64,000 bases of DNA from Bugula neritina. Lineage: Eukaryota; Animalia; Bryozoa. The DNA lies in NCBI GenBank assembly GCA_964035545.1, contig OZ037769.1, positions 8,289,929 through 8,353,928 of the forward strand, in the 5' to 3' direction. The position numbers and the translations under genes were made by a program. The notes below the pieces were generated by a model. It searched no databases, had not been told where the DNA came from, and saw only the letters and a program-made list of their open reading frames with translations. Below, piece after piece: positions 13,275 to 24,985 of the stretch; position 1 is the first letter of the stretch; each line of letters starts with the position of its first letter.

Positions 13275-16200
13275 TTATCCCATGTGGAAGTCCTTGTATT
13301 TAGCGGGGAGGACTCCACGGTTGCTTCTGGATTGAGGCTCTGGTGGTGGTGCCGCGTTCTTGAGAAGTGTTGCAGGCAGGGCAGGCATGTGGGGGAATTC
13401 ATTAAGAGCATCTCCAACATCAGTATCAGCAGCATCAGCGACACCAAGGGTCTGTGTGTTATCTGGTTTGAGGTGAACACGATTCCTACGCACTATAGAC
13501 TGACCGTTGTCAACCAAGTAGGATCTGGGGGAGTCATGCTGTTCGACAATCATTCCTGGCGACCATTCTTTGTCAGGGCTTGACCTGATTAGTGCAGGAG
13601 TCCCAGGTTCCAGATCAGCCAACGGCCGTGCATGGCGGTCATGGTACTTCTTCTGCAAGTTTTGGTTGGCTATTAGTTGTTGGCTAGCCTCAATAACAAC
13701 TGGTTTAAGCGACTCGGCAGTGATTGGCAAATCACTTCTTAGGGCTCTGTTGAACAGAAGCTCAGCTGGACTGAAAGCACAGCCAGTGATAGGAGATTGC
13801 CTGTATCTGAGTAGTAACCTGTATATATCCTCTCTTTCATCCTCACATTTTTTTAGAAAGGCTTTCATCGTTTGCACATAACGCTCAGCCATTCCATTGG
13901 ACTTAGGGTAGTGCGGACTAGATGTTACAATGGTGAAGCACCAGCTTGATGCAAAAGTCTGCATGCTTCTACTGCTGAAAGGCATGTTGTCCGCCAGAAT
14001 GGACACTGGCACCCCGTGTACAGCAATAATAGATTTTAATGCCAAAACCACGTCTTCAGCAGTCTTTCTCCTGAGTAATCTCAGCTCGGGGAAGTGAGAG
14101 TAACAGTCCACAACTACCAAGTAATCATTATTCTTATAGGACAGTATATCCATAGCCACTTTATTCCATGGTAGACTTGGCAGTTCATGAGACATTAACG
14201 GCTCTTTCTGTTGACGGTTGGAAAACTTAGCGCAGGTGAGGCAACTTGACACTTCATTCCGTATATCAGCAGATAGCCCAGGCCAATAGAATGATTTTCT
14301 CGCAAGCTCTCTGCATTTCTCAACGCCCAGGTGGCCCATGTGTAGCGACTTTAGAATGTGCTTCCTCTGTGACTTCGGAACTATAAGCCGCTCTTCAACG
14401 TAAAGAAATTCATCCACATCATAGATGTCAGATCTAACATTCCAGTAGGGTTGGATTTCTGTGGGGGCCTGACTCCGTCTACTCCATGACCAACCATCTT
14501 GCAGTGCTTTTTTCAGACTGTCCATTGTTGGGTCTTCAGCATATGACTGTCTCATCTCATTCATGGTGCTATCATCGGTTTCTAAGGCATGAACCATCAC
14601 AACTTCACCTTCGAGATCACACTGATCATTTGTAACGTGCTGAAGGTAGGCTCGGGATAGTGTGTCAGCAATATATAAATACTTGCCTGGAACATATGTG
14701 AACTCAGCTATCCGGTATCTTTGTAGTCGCAGAAGTAGTCTTTGCAGCCTTGGGGATGCCTTGTGCAACGACTTGTTCCTTAACGGGACGAGAGGTTTGT
14801 GATCCGTCTGTATGTGAACAGCACGTCCATAGAGGTAGCTGTGAAAGCGCTCACAGCCGAACACAACTGCTAGCAGCTCCTTATCTATTTGGGGATAGTT
14901 GCACTCAGTCTCAGTTAAGCTGCGTGAAGCATATGCAACAGGTTTACCTTCCTGTAGTAACACTGCACCAAGCCCCGACTTTGAAGCGTCAACTTGTAAA
15001 TGCGCATCCTTGGTAACATCAAAATACTGCAAGACAGGTTCGGATGTAAGCAAGCGTTTAATTACCTGGAAGCTTTCCATTTGTTCTTTGGACCACACCC
15101 ATTGACTATCACTCTTCAGTAGCACTCTCAAGGGCTCAGTACAGGCTGACATGTTGGGTATGTAGGCTCTTAGAAAATTGAGAGTACCAATCAGTCTTTG
15201 TACTCCCTCTCGGTCTGTTGGGTCAGGCATGGCCTCAATAGCAGCTATCTTGTCTGGGTCAGGACGCAGACCATCTTTCGATACTATATGGCCTAAATAG
15301 CGTACCTCCGTCTGATTCAACTGAATCTTCTTGCGATTAAACTTCACATTAGCCTCTTTGGCTTTTACCAATAGCTTTCTCAGATTGGCATCATGTTCCT
15401 GTTGTGTCTTTCCAGCTACAATGATGTCATCAAAATACACTGAGACACCAGGCAAGTCTCCAAATATTTGCTCCACCTTCTTCTCAAAGACTTCAGCACT
15501 TGAGTGAAGACCAAATGGAAGTCTATCAAAACAGTAGCGACCATATGGGGTGTTGAACGTTGTGAGCAGACTACTCTTTTTGGTCAAGGCTACATGCCAG
15601 TATCCATGTTTCATGTCCATGATGGTGTAGTATTGCATACCATTGAATCTGAAGGCGATGTCTTCTAATGTGGGTATCTTGTGATGTTCTCGTCTCACTG
15701 CTCTGTTCAGGTCCTTGGGGTCTAGGCATATACGAACCGACCCATCTTTCTTTTCAACGCATACCATACTACTCACCCAGTTGGTTGGTACGTCAACCTT
15801 AAATATGATTCCAGATGCCTCCATATCATCCAGTTCCTTTTTCACTTTGTCTAACATACTGAGTGGGACACGTCTTGGATGATGAACCACAGGCTTCACA
15901 TTCTCGTCAACACATATCTCGTGCTCTCCATCAAGTCTGCCAACGCCTTCAAACACTTCAGGGAACTCCTGAAGTATCGAGGTTGACAACTGATCAACTC
16001 TGCTGATCAGACCAAAAGATTCAGCAGCCTCGAGGCCAAGTATGGGAGGAAGGTCCTCATCAACCACCTCGAAGTGAACACTCTGGCTATGCTCGTTGTG
16101 GTTCACGGTGAGTTGAACTGCACCCATATTCTTGATCTTGGCTTTATTATAGCCGTAAAGGCATACAGAAATGGGCTTTAGAGTAGCACCAAGTGACTGA

Positions 16201-16289
16201 ACGGTTCTTAGGTTGATGCAATTTGTTTCAGCTCCAGTATCAATCTTAAACGGAATATCATTGGCCTTTCCTTTGTCACTGACCTTCAT
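13275..16289 (-). CDS. pol: Pol (protease, RT, RNase H, integrase) of the Mag-like Gypsy element
   Basis: Protease IDTGA, RT YFDD, RNase H VDASKSGLGAVL...DKELLA...TDHKPL, integrase HHCC zinc finger plus D-D-E (MD, ADN, AER); 1004 aa with no stops. Confidence 0.96.
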   Translation of the reverse strand: MKVSDKGKANDIPFKIDTGAETNCINLRTVQSLGATLKPISVCLYGYNKAKIKNMGAVQLTVNHNEHSQSVHFEVVDEDLPPILGLEAAESFGLISRVDQLSTSILQEFPEVFEGVGRLDGEHEICVDENVKPVVHHPRRVPLSMLDKVKKELDDMEASGIIFKVDVPTNWVSSMVCVEKKDGSVRICLDPKDLNRAVRREHHKIPTLEDIAFRFNGMQYYTIMDMKHGYWHVALTKKSSLLTTFNTPYGRYCFDRLPFGLHSSAEVFEKKVEQIFGDLPGVSVYFDDIIVAGKTQQEHDANLRKLLVKAKEANVKFNRKKIQLNQTEVRYLGHIVSKDGLRPDPDKIAAIEAMPDPTDREGVQRLIGTLNFLRAYIPNMSACTEPLRVLLKSDSQWVWSKEQMESFQVIKRLLTSEPVLQYFDVTKDAHLQVDASKSGLGAVLLQEGKPVAYASRSLTETECNYPQIDKELLAVVFGCERFHSYLYGRAVHIQTDHKPLVPLRNKSLHKASPRLQRLLLRLQRYRIAEFTYVPGKYLYIADTLSRAYLQHVTNDQCDLEGEVVMVHALETDDSTMNEMRQSYAEDPTMDSLKKALQDGWSWSRRSQAPTEIQPYWNVRSDIYDVDEFLYVEERLIVPKSQRKHILKSLHMGHLGVEKCRELARKSFYWPGLSADIRNEVSSCLTCAKFSNRQQKEPLMSHELPSLPWNKVAMDILSYKNNDYLVVVDCYSHFPELRLLRRKTAEDVVLALKSIIAVHGVPVSILADNMPFSSRSMQTFASSWCFTIVTSSPHYPKSNGMAERYVQTMKAFLKKCEDEREDIYRLLLRYRQSPITGCAFSPAELLFNRALRSDLPITAESLKPVVIEASQQLIANQNLQKKYHDRHARPLADLEPGTPALIRSSPDKEWSPGMIVEQHDSPRSYLVDNGQSIVRRNRVHLKPDNTQTLGVADAADTDVGDALNEFPHMPALPATLLKNAAPPPEPQSRSNRGVLPAKYKDFHMG

Positions 16290-16298
16290 AGGAAGAAT

Positions 16299-17189
16299 CT
16301 AAGATTTGAATTTAGATTCATTAGAAAGAGCACCAACAGCACCTATGAACAAGCTATTCATTTGTTTCGCTGCAAGAGCTTTGCCTTTGCAGACTTTCTC
16401 AAAGTGATTTTTCTTCCCGCAGTTATGACATGTCTTGCCATAAGCAGGACATCTACCTTTGGCATGTGTATATCCACAAAATTTGCAATCTATGTTGTCC
16501 TTACGTGTGTTACTTCTGGTTTTATTTTGCGTAGCGCCAGGCTGACTCTGCACAGTGCTGACTGCAGCATAATTTATCTCATTGACTGTCTTCATAGTAG
16601 TATCACCGGCAGCCATCCTTGACATCTGCTGTTTGGTAATCTCAGCAGCACGGATGTCATCTAAGGCACTCTCAAGTTTAACGTTTTTGTCACGGAGTAG
16701 CCGCTCCTTCAGCTTTCCATCAGTGAGTCCAAACACAATTCTGCAGAGAAGCATTCGGTCTCGCAATTCGCCAAAATCACATTTTGTAGCTTGAGTTTTT
16801 AGACGTTTCACAAAGGTGTCAATGGGCTCTCCATCACTCTGACTGAGAGACCAAAAAACAAACCATTCATACAACACGTTACGCCGGGGATTGCAATAGG
16901 CTTCAAACTGCTCCAAAACATCAGCCATAACATCCTTGCTTTTACCTGCGGGAAAGTCAAATTGACCATAAATCTCAGTAGCTTCCTCACCAGCCTGGTT
17001 CAGAAGTATAGCAACCTGACGTCTATTAATACCCGCATTCTCAGGAGGAGGCTCTTGGCCACTCTCTTGAGGCTTCAAAACCAAATCACTTGCAAGCAAA
17101 TAATTTTCCAACGCCCTTCTCCACTTCCTCCAATTGTCTGACACATTACCTTCAAATGATAATTCTCCAGGGGCCTTCAAGCCTTCCAC
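16299..17189 (-). CDS. gag: Gag of the Mag-like Gypsy element (two CCHC knuckles)
   Basis: CKFCGYTHAKGRC and CHNCGKKNHFEKVC. The expected start codon reads GTG (VEGLKAPG), and the ORF ends at a TAG in frame with pol. Confidence 0.9.
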   Translation of the reverse strand: MEGLKAPGELSFEGNVSDNWRKWRRALENYLLASDLVLKPQESGQEPPPENAGINRRQVAILLNQAGEEATEIYGQFDFPAGKSKDVMADVLEQFEAYCNPRRNVLYEWFVFWSLSQSDGEPIDTFVKRLKTQATKCDFGELRDRMLLCRIVFGLTDGKLKERLLRDKNVKLESALDDIRAAEITKQQMSRMAAGDTTMKTVNEINYAAVSTVQSQPGATQNKTRSNTRKDNIDCKFCGYTHAKGRCPAYGKTCHNCGKKNHFEKVCKGKALAAKQMNSLFIGAVGALSNESKFKS

Positions 17190-17970
17190 GACAGCTCCAA
17201 GGCAGACCAACACAGTCCACAACAACAAACAACTAAAAGCTAAACAATCACCACTCCAGTGGCAAAGTAGGGTGCGAGTACGATCTAGCTGCCACCATGA
17301 AACATTAAGTATAGTGAGTATATAATTACCTGAGAGTTACTCGAAGTATGTATAGGCATGACATTGAAATATCGAAAGAACAATAAAGTGGGGTCTGGCC
17401 GGTCAGGGGAAATACAAGGACCAAAAGTATAGTACTGATTTATAATTATTTTATCACTAAGTCTATCGGCGTGTTTATCTACTGTAGGCTGACATCTTTC
17501 ATCTCGTAGTCTCTCGTTCGTCCTTGACCCAATATGTATTTTAATAAACAAATGCACATGACATTATAACGTAGCATCTTGCTAGTCCGTAATTAGTGAT
17601 AAACAAAAGACACATAATGATATAACAACGCTGATTCTGAATTTGTAATTTATAAAATGCTATTTTAATTCAAAACCAATTTGTCAATAGAAGCATATGA
17701 AATGAAAGAAACAAGCAATGTAAGATTAAATGCTTTTTATGCTGATAGGTAAAATATATAGCACAAGGGAGTTTGTTGAAATCTCTTGAGCATCGGCTTA
17801 GTGAGTCTTTTATTGGTTTTGTCCCATATAGAGGCTTCCCAGTTACACACTAATTAATAAGCTAAATTTTCCACTGGGACGTTTCCCACTTGGATGCTTC
17901 TCAGACACTATTTCTTATTTTGGTACCACATAATTATATAAAAATATACTTATATATAATATGTATATAT

Positions 17971-18015
<45 letters not shown>

Positions 18016-18040
18016 GATCTTATATATGATCTTATATATA

Positions 18041-18185
18041 TTGGTGATGTTAGGGAAAGCATCCCTGTAGTAATAATTGCTCCTGCGTCTCATCTGAAAG
18101 ATTAGTTTTTAGTTTGAGTTTACAAAAAAACTGTTCCATCAAGGATTTTCTAACAAAAATGGTGACCACGGTGAGTTTGAGTTTT
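18041..18185 (+). mobile_element. Degenerate 3' part of a tRNA-derived SINE (same family as 42730-42944)
   Basis: Shares ttggtgatgttagg.aagcatcc...ttgctcctg.g.ctcat...ccatcaagg. Confidence 0.65.
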
Positions 18186-19640
18186 ATTTAATCCTTTATT
18201 TGGGTGAGAAGAAGCAATTAATTAAACTCGTTGTATGGTAGTGTTCTGCAATATTTATATAATGCATATTATGTGCCAATACCACACTAACAATCTGCAG
18301 CACGTGTAAATACTACAATATACAGGATTCTTCAACTCCACTCAACACAGTTTTACAGTATTATAATAGTGCTTAATATAAATGAGCTCGTGAAAAAAAT
18401 TTAGATTTAGGGGTTGCCTCCCTTGTTTAATTTCCTCAATGATGTGTTGTCCTAAAGATAAAAATACAATTAATAATTTAAAAAACAACAATGCCCCTGC
18501 ATTTTATAAACACATTACTGTAGCGTGAAAAGCTTCTTTATCAAATCATCTCAAAAAAAAATATTTAAAATAAAGAACACTCAGGAGTTCACATGTTTGA
18601 ATATATCACTCAACCGTATATTTCCGGTGACTAGTTAGAAAAAAAACCAAATTTACTTTAAGAGATATAATTATTTGGGTTGTTGAATGCATACATGCAT
18701 TCAACTCAAATAGAAATTCATGCACGGGCTTTCCATGTACCGATCTCAGGGAGATCGATCTGAGAAATGTGCTCAGATCGATCGGTTTTCCATGAGAGTG
18801 TCAGATCGATCTCGCTGAGTTACCTCCTCTTGAGTGAAGGATGCTTTAAAAGTATAATTTGTTCACCTATTTGAGTGATTAAAGCTACTACTGTTGAAAA
18901 CAAAATTTTCGTAGTCTAAAATTTAATCCCAGCTATAAACTATACGCAGCAAAGCTTTCAGTGTATGGTAATTTGGCCAATTTAAAATGATTCATTTTAA
19001 TTTTTTAGCTTGACAGCTTATATAAGATTATTGGCTGTCTTGCAGATTATTAATAAACTTACAGGACTGTTAGGCTTAAAATTACAAAGAAAATAGCTAA
19101 TGAAACTAAGTTTTAGTTGTCATTTGAATTCAATTTAAATTCTCCCATTTTTTTACCTTCTACTGCATATAATTGAGTTTTCTTGATCATTGTACTGAAA
19201 GTCAAAGTTTTGGCATCTGAAAAGGTGGCTATTATAATTATTTAATACTTTGTTTAGTAGTTATCAATAAATTATCATTTTTATTAGCAGACAACATTGT
19301 AGCGCGCAGTCTTTTTCTACTTCTCAGATCGATCTAGCGTCTTTCCATGGTCTTATTGACACGAGATCGATCTCGAGCTTCACAGACCGACCAGCTCAGA
19401 TCGACGGAGATCGATCTTTAGCGTCTTTCCATGGATCGATCTCGCTAAGATCGATCTGAGATCGGTACATGGAAAGCCGGTGATAGAAAGCTGGTGATGA
19501 TGTAATGAGTGTACAAAAGGTTATGGGTACCAGAGGATTACATGGAAAACTGTGTCAACCTTACTTCTTACATACCATTTGTGAAAAAAAATTATTTTCA
19601 TCAACTTCCTTATGGCTTTCAACCTAGTTTTGTTGTCAAC
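18150..19640 (+). repeat. Duplicated segment paralogous to ~24960-29310
   Basis: Shared aatcctttatttgggtgag...gcacgtgtaaatactacaatatacag...gcattcaactca and, after the insertions, atgatgtaatgagt...aaaaggtta...ttatggctttcaacc. Confidence 0.8.
18723..19482. mobile_element. Non-autonomous DNA transposon (MITE-like) with 27-bp TIRs and AGATCGATCT subterminal palindromes
   Basis: cacgggctttccatgtaccgatctcag ... ctgagatcggtacatggaaagccggtg (one mismatch). TSD not clean (atg/ata), so no superfamily is assigned. Confidence 0.85.
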
Positions 19641-21769
19641 TTTGTTTATATGTCAGGGAGTCCCACATGCTTCAAAGTGTCAATTGATATAGTTGCATAA
19701 CTATAGATATTATAAAAATGTGCAGTAAATTCACTGTTAAGATGGGCTGCAAAGCAATTATAGTGACTTTGAATAATAAAAACTATAATATACTTTCTGT
19801 ATAGCTACTCAAAGAATTTTCTGTTATTAATGTTGTAGTTTTCAGGAATATATTTACTCTTTGACGCTACTACTAGAAGTGCAGCATGTTTTAAATAAGC
19901 TTGTATGGTTAGTTAAGATGCAATAATTTACTGTATTCTCTGTTTACTTAAGTTGTCTCCTCTTTAATAAACTGTGAACTGCAGAAATGTAATATAAGTA
20001 TAATATATAACTTACTGAAATGGCAGTCGGTTTATTTTTACATCTGGTATAATGATTTTGATGATTCTTCACTATATATTTTTAGCTTTGCTGGTAATTT
20101 TTTATAAGAAAGCTACCGTACGGTATGCGCTGTGTATACAGGCATCATGTTACATTTAGTTGGCACATTTCCAATTATCTTACTGTATATTTATATCACC
20201 TGACTACATTTTTTATCTTTTACCAAATATCTGTGCATTTTTTCAGAACGCATTTGTCTAGCCTGTGTTAATACAACTCTATTCATGCATATAATTACTA
20301 TAATAACATGATGATCTACACATATTTTTCTTGTACAATAAACTATCACCATTTTATATTTATTCTGATCATAATGTAGACATTGCTCATTAATGGTAAG
20401 AAATTACTTATACCTTGTGTTCCTACATTTTGAGCTCTCTGAGGAAGAGACGTGGCAGGAAATATGTGAACATAGAGTGAGTTGTCCGCTATGTGTGTTT
20501 GGGTGTCCAGCTTCAACTAGTCACTGTAAAAGGGGGGGAGTTGTTGAAAGAAGGGGGTAATCATATAGACCAGTTAGAATATAATTTCTGGCATAAAAAC
20601 AGTAAATGGATAATCCATTAGGATATGGTGTTGGAAGTGGGATACAAGAATAAAGCAATTACTCAGCTTCATTTATGTTGACACCTAAGTGTAGTTGACC
20701 TCTGTAGTTGACAGTGATTGCAGGTTGGTGATGTGTTGCTTATAGGTATAATGGATACACATACTGAAATAATTATGATAAATATAGTTGTCATCTGTAA
20801 ATAATGTACTTGAAAATAACGAAAGGAGATGTAAGTATATTACATAACCTACTCAGTGTTCTATGAATATAATCAATATCAGTAGAAGCATCATGTTATG
20901 GTCTGACATCTTGTGTAATTAGTTACTTATAAAAACAAAACAACAAAACAGATTCGAATGAATGAAATACAAATATTAAAATAAATGGTTGGACCTACCT
21001 AAGCCTATGCTGATAAGAAATCTTATAGTCTATTATTTACAACACTGATTAATGATTTAATACCATCATGTGCAAACATTATGCTTTGAGACTTTAACAT
21101 AAATTGCACAAACCTGCCACATTTAGCTTTGAAACTTTAATGCAATGCAACTTTTGTGTATTATAACTTTAATAAATAAGATTTTGTAGATAAAATTTAA
21201 TTGCTTTTTGTATTCTATTTAAATAAATTGCACTTCATTTATGTGAATGTGCACAATATTTTAAAAACTGTAGTCTCGGATAGTCAATTGCTGTATTAAT
21301 TAAAATAAGCGTAAAAAATGCATATTCTTCTATTTCAAATAATTCGACATAGCTCTGACGTTCTTCCTAATTTTGTTCATGCCTACTTATAAAGTATAAT
21401 AGCCCATAATTACAATGAATTTCACAATGTGTTTTCATGTCGATGATATGTATTAGATAAATAATTTATTAAATATATAAATAAAAATCAATCAATCAAT
21501 AAATACACAAAGAAATTATTAAATAAATAACTTATTGAATAAATAAATAAATCAAACCCAAAAAACCTTTGTGTTAAAACTTTAGTTGAAGTATTTTTTG
21601 GAGTTGTCATGCATATGATGTACTATAGACGTGCAAGGAGTGGTTATGTGTGAATGATTTTTCAACCTGAGCCAAGTGTTGACTGAGTTTGACTTGCCTT
21701 TAATGTGTTCCCTTTATTTGTGGATAGTTTGGCTGGGCTGCAGCTTCATTTCTGTATCTACAAGGAGGA

Positions 21770-22440
21770 GAGTTATATCACTTGCCTCCTGAACGCGTTG
21801 TACTTGCTACCAATGCTCCTGTAGATAACATGGTATCAGAAAGTGTGTTGGGATATGCCGATTTTCTATTTCGAAGAAGTATAATGTTACCACTGATGCA
21901 TATAATGCTGCTAAAATAGGTTATGCTAATAACCAAACGTCTGATTGGGTTGAGAAAATTACCGATTCAAATCTTTACGGCATAATTGGTAAATCAAAAA
22001 GCGTTTTAGAAAAGTCTAGAATAAATGGCAGGGATGTTCAACAGGAAATATGTAACAGATTGCTAGAGAAATTGCAGAAACAAAGGCAGCAAAAGCAGCG
22101 AGCTCTATGTTCTGCAATCAAACAGTTGATTCAAGATCCTGACCATTTCTCTGCTGGTATCCTTGCCCACGATTCACAAATATCTCCAGATCTCATTGAA
22201 ACTGCTTCCGGTATTGTAAATTCACCAAACAGTCTCCTTGGTAAAGAGTTTATTTTGAAACAAAATAATGGTAACACATTTTTTCGCCATAGAGTAATAG
22301 AGCGCAGGGATAATGGCAACTGTGTGAAATACATGTCTGTGGTTTTTTGAAATTGAAAAGGATGTTGATAAAGCGCAGGATTTTATTTTCTCTTTGCACA
22401 ATTTTGTTGCGTCATTTTTGTTAGAAGAAGCATATTTTGA
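21770..22440 (+). mobile_element. Decayed DDE transposase C-terminal fragment (hAT-related)
   Basis: NAPVDNMVSESVLGYADFLFRR / frameshift / YNAAKIGYANNQTSDWVEK... continuing into the 22060-22350 ORF. Resembles the N..SER.FG..D.L.R...N.T..W motif of hAT-related transposases. Confidence 0.5.
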
Positions 22441-23223
22441 GTGACCCTGGTATAGAAATTATCTTGAAATCCAAAATCTTACGTGTCTGTCTAGCATCCA
22501 CATTTATTAGACTCAAATTTTGTTTAGACCTCATGCTACGCCCTTTTTAGGACTCGGATATATTCTAAAGCGAGCATTCAGTTTTATTTACAGACTTGTA
22601 GTAACTTAACCCAGCTGTTTAAATTGTCTCAAGATTTTTGGGTAGGCGTTTTAGTAATAACTGTATAATGAGGAATTTTATGGCCAGTTTATTATATGCA
22701 TATGTAGTTAGTAAAGCAACTTTTCAACAATGTTCCACAGCTGTTTAAAGCAATTGTTGATTGTATTACAAATTGTATAGTAGGATATGTAGTAGCCAAG
22801 AGAACTTATTATATTATATTGTGTGCTGCAATTATAACTCAAGTGTTAACTTCAAGTATTCTAGTGTGTATTATTATCAGGTGTGGGTAACAAATAATTA
22901 GGTGTGCTTTACATATATCTAATAATTTTGTTTGTGTTTCAAATGCATTACTTTTCACTAGAACTAACTTGTTGTAAAATATAATTTTATAATAGAGTTT
23001 TATGAAAGCTAATAAATACAGTATATTTTGTATATAATGTATACCATCCTCTACTATTGTAATTCACAGTATAGCTCCCAAGTGTAATTTATAACAGTTG
23101 CTTGCGTGCAAGTGGCACGGCTGCAGTCCAATTCCCAAAGTGGGCAAACAATTCCACATATATTTTGTTTCTATAACAATGAAATGATTATGCATAACAA
23201 ATAAAGTTTATCTGCAAATTATT

Positions 23224-23322
23224 GTAGTGTTGAGTTACCAAGTGGCCCCGTGGTGTAATGGTAGTACACTTGCTTGCAAGCCAGAGGACTCTAGATTCCC
23301 AGTAAGGGCAAAATTATTTTTT
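23224..23322 (+). repeat. tRNA-derived repeat (tRNA-Ala-like head, TGC), homologous to 43751-43853
   Basis: A-box-like tggtgtaatgg, cttgcttgcaagc, degenerate B-box; same ~20-nt leader as the 43751 copy. Confidence 0.6.
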
Positions 23323-23607
23323 AATTATGATCATAATAATTATTTAATAAGGATTATGATAAATATGGGCTTTTTATTAGGATTAAGAAAAGCAGTTACT
23401 GCTGTGTAAATTGAAATGATTTTTTTGACAATGCAATATGCAACAAGCATAATTTAAAGAACAAAAAATGTTGGAAACAACAAAAATGGCCACTTGTATT
23501 CTTTAATGTAGTTCTGGTAAGACTCTCACCACTTCCTCAAGCATCATGCAAATGGATTGTTTGCTCCATGTCTAAGGACGGTTGCAATAGGTGGTACTGG
23601 TCATGCA

Positions 23608-23721
23608 TATATGTATATATGTATATATGTATATGTGTATATGTGTATATGTGTATATGTGTATGTGTGTATGTGTGTATGTGTGTATGTGTGTGTCTAT
23701 GTGTGTGTGTGTGTCTATGTG

Positions 23722-23769
<48 letters not shown>

Positions 23770-23787
23770 TGTGTGTGTGTGTGTGTG
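23608..23787. repeat. Compound microsatellite (TA/TG/TGCG)
   Basis: Direct reading. Confidence 0.97.
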
Positions 23788-23788
23788 C

Positions 23789-23828
23789 TACTCTGAAGAT
23801 GGGTACAGTGGTACCCGAAATATCAGTA
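23789..23828 (+). ncRNA. Minimal Penelope-type hammerhead ribozyme in a pLTR fragment (fragment extends to ~23880)
   Basis: tact-CTGAAGA-T-GGGTAC-agtg-GTACCC-GAAA-TA-TC-agta: stem I tact/agta, 6-bp stem II, palindromic ATAT stem III. Downstream sequence is homologous to 54954-55029 (minus). Confidence 0.75.
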
Positions 23829-24350
23829 TAATTACTTTACCTAATAATGTGATAAATCAACAACGTTTCTCGTATACTTATTTATATATATATGAAGACC
23901 TCAAAAGAAAAACGACATTTGTCCATTTTCAAAAAAAATGAGATTTTTCTTCCCCTGGATAGCCCAAGTATTAAAGTTTTAGTCATAAAATTATCAAAGA
24001 GAAAAACAAATTTTGTCCATGGTTTTAAGGCTGGATTTCAAACCCACCCCAAAGCAACAAAGACCTATGTCCAGTCATCACAAAAGAAAAATAACTTATG
24101 TCCAGTCATGTGATAACAATTGACCAATGACGGTGCGCATGTGAAATATTTTTAGACTAGCAAATTGTGTATTTTATGTAAACTTGGTCAAATTTCCTTT
24201 TGTTTAGTTGTTTGAAACATGTTCAAAAACCATAATATCAAATTTGGTTAGAATTGATTCATATCGATAGCAGTTGCAAATTTCCAAACTTTAATTTTCA
24301 ATTTGTGAAAATTTGCAAAATTGGACATATGCCATTTTTCCTTTGAGGTC

Positions 24351-24860
<510 letters not shown>

Positions 24861-24861
<1 letters not shown>

Positions 24862-24985
24862 CCTTCTGTGCCTCATCTGCATAATTAGTCTTTAGCCCGA
24901 TTTAACAAAAAGAAACTTTTCAATCAAGAGTTTTCTCACAGGGATGATGACTGTAAACTTGTGTGAGTGAGTGTGAGTGAGTTTT
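24861..24985 (+). mobile_element. 3' fragment of a tRNA-derived SINE (family of 42730-42944)
   Basis: ctgtgcctcat...agtctttagcccg.t.taacaaaaa...cagggat...gact.taaacttg.gtgagt with a (GTGA) tail. Confidence 0.7.

Larger units (their letters stand above)
12802..17627 (-). mobile_element. Full-length Ty3/Gypsy LTR retrotransposon, Mag-like
   Basis: LTRs 17298-17627 and 12802-13129 (TG...CA; 4 substitutions + one 2-bp indel). 5-bp TSD ACGCT at 12797-12801 and 17628-17632. PBS TGGTGGCAGC (tRNA-Leu-like) from 17297; PPT GAAGGGAGA at 13138-13130. Empty site gcgct in the paralog at ~54533. Confidence 0.97.
1523..17930 (+). repeat. Segmental duplication copy A (paralogous to 42978-54850)
   Basis: Colinear high similarity from aggttaag...tgtt(c/t)aagatacagaacagcgga to gacactatttcttattttggtacca. 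Copy A has extra LINE and Gypsy insertions and lacks about 1 kb present at 44110-45160. Confidence 0.93.

Noticed and set aside
13284-17325. Plus-strand ORFs overlapping the Mag element
   Set aside because: Antisense shadows of gag/pol with no independent motifs.
21831-21845. TGGTATCAGA resembling a tRNA-Met primer-binding site
   Set aside because: No LTR pair; it falls in frame within a transposase remnant (DNMVSES).
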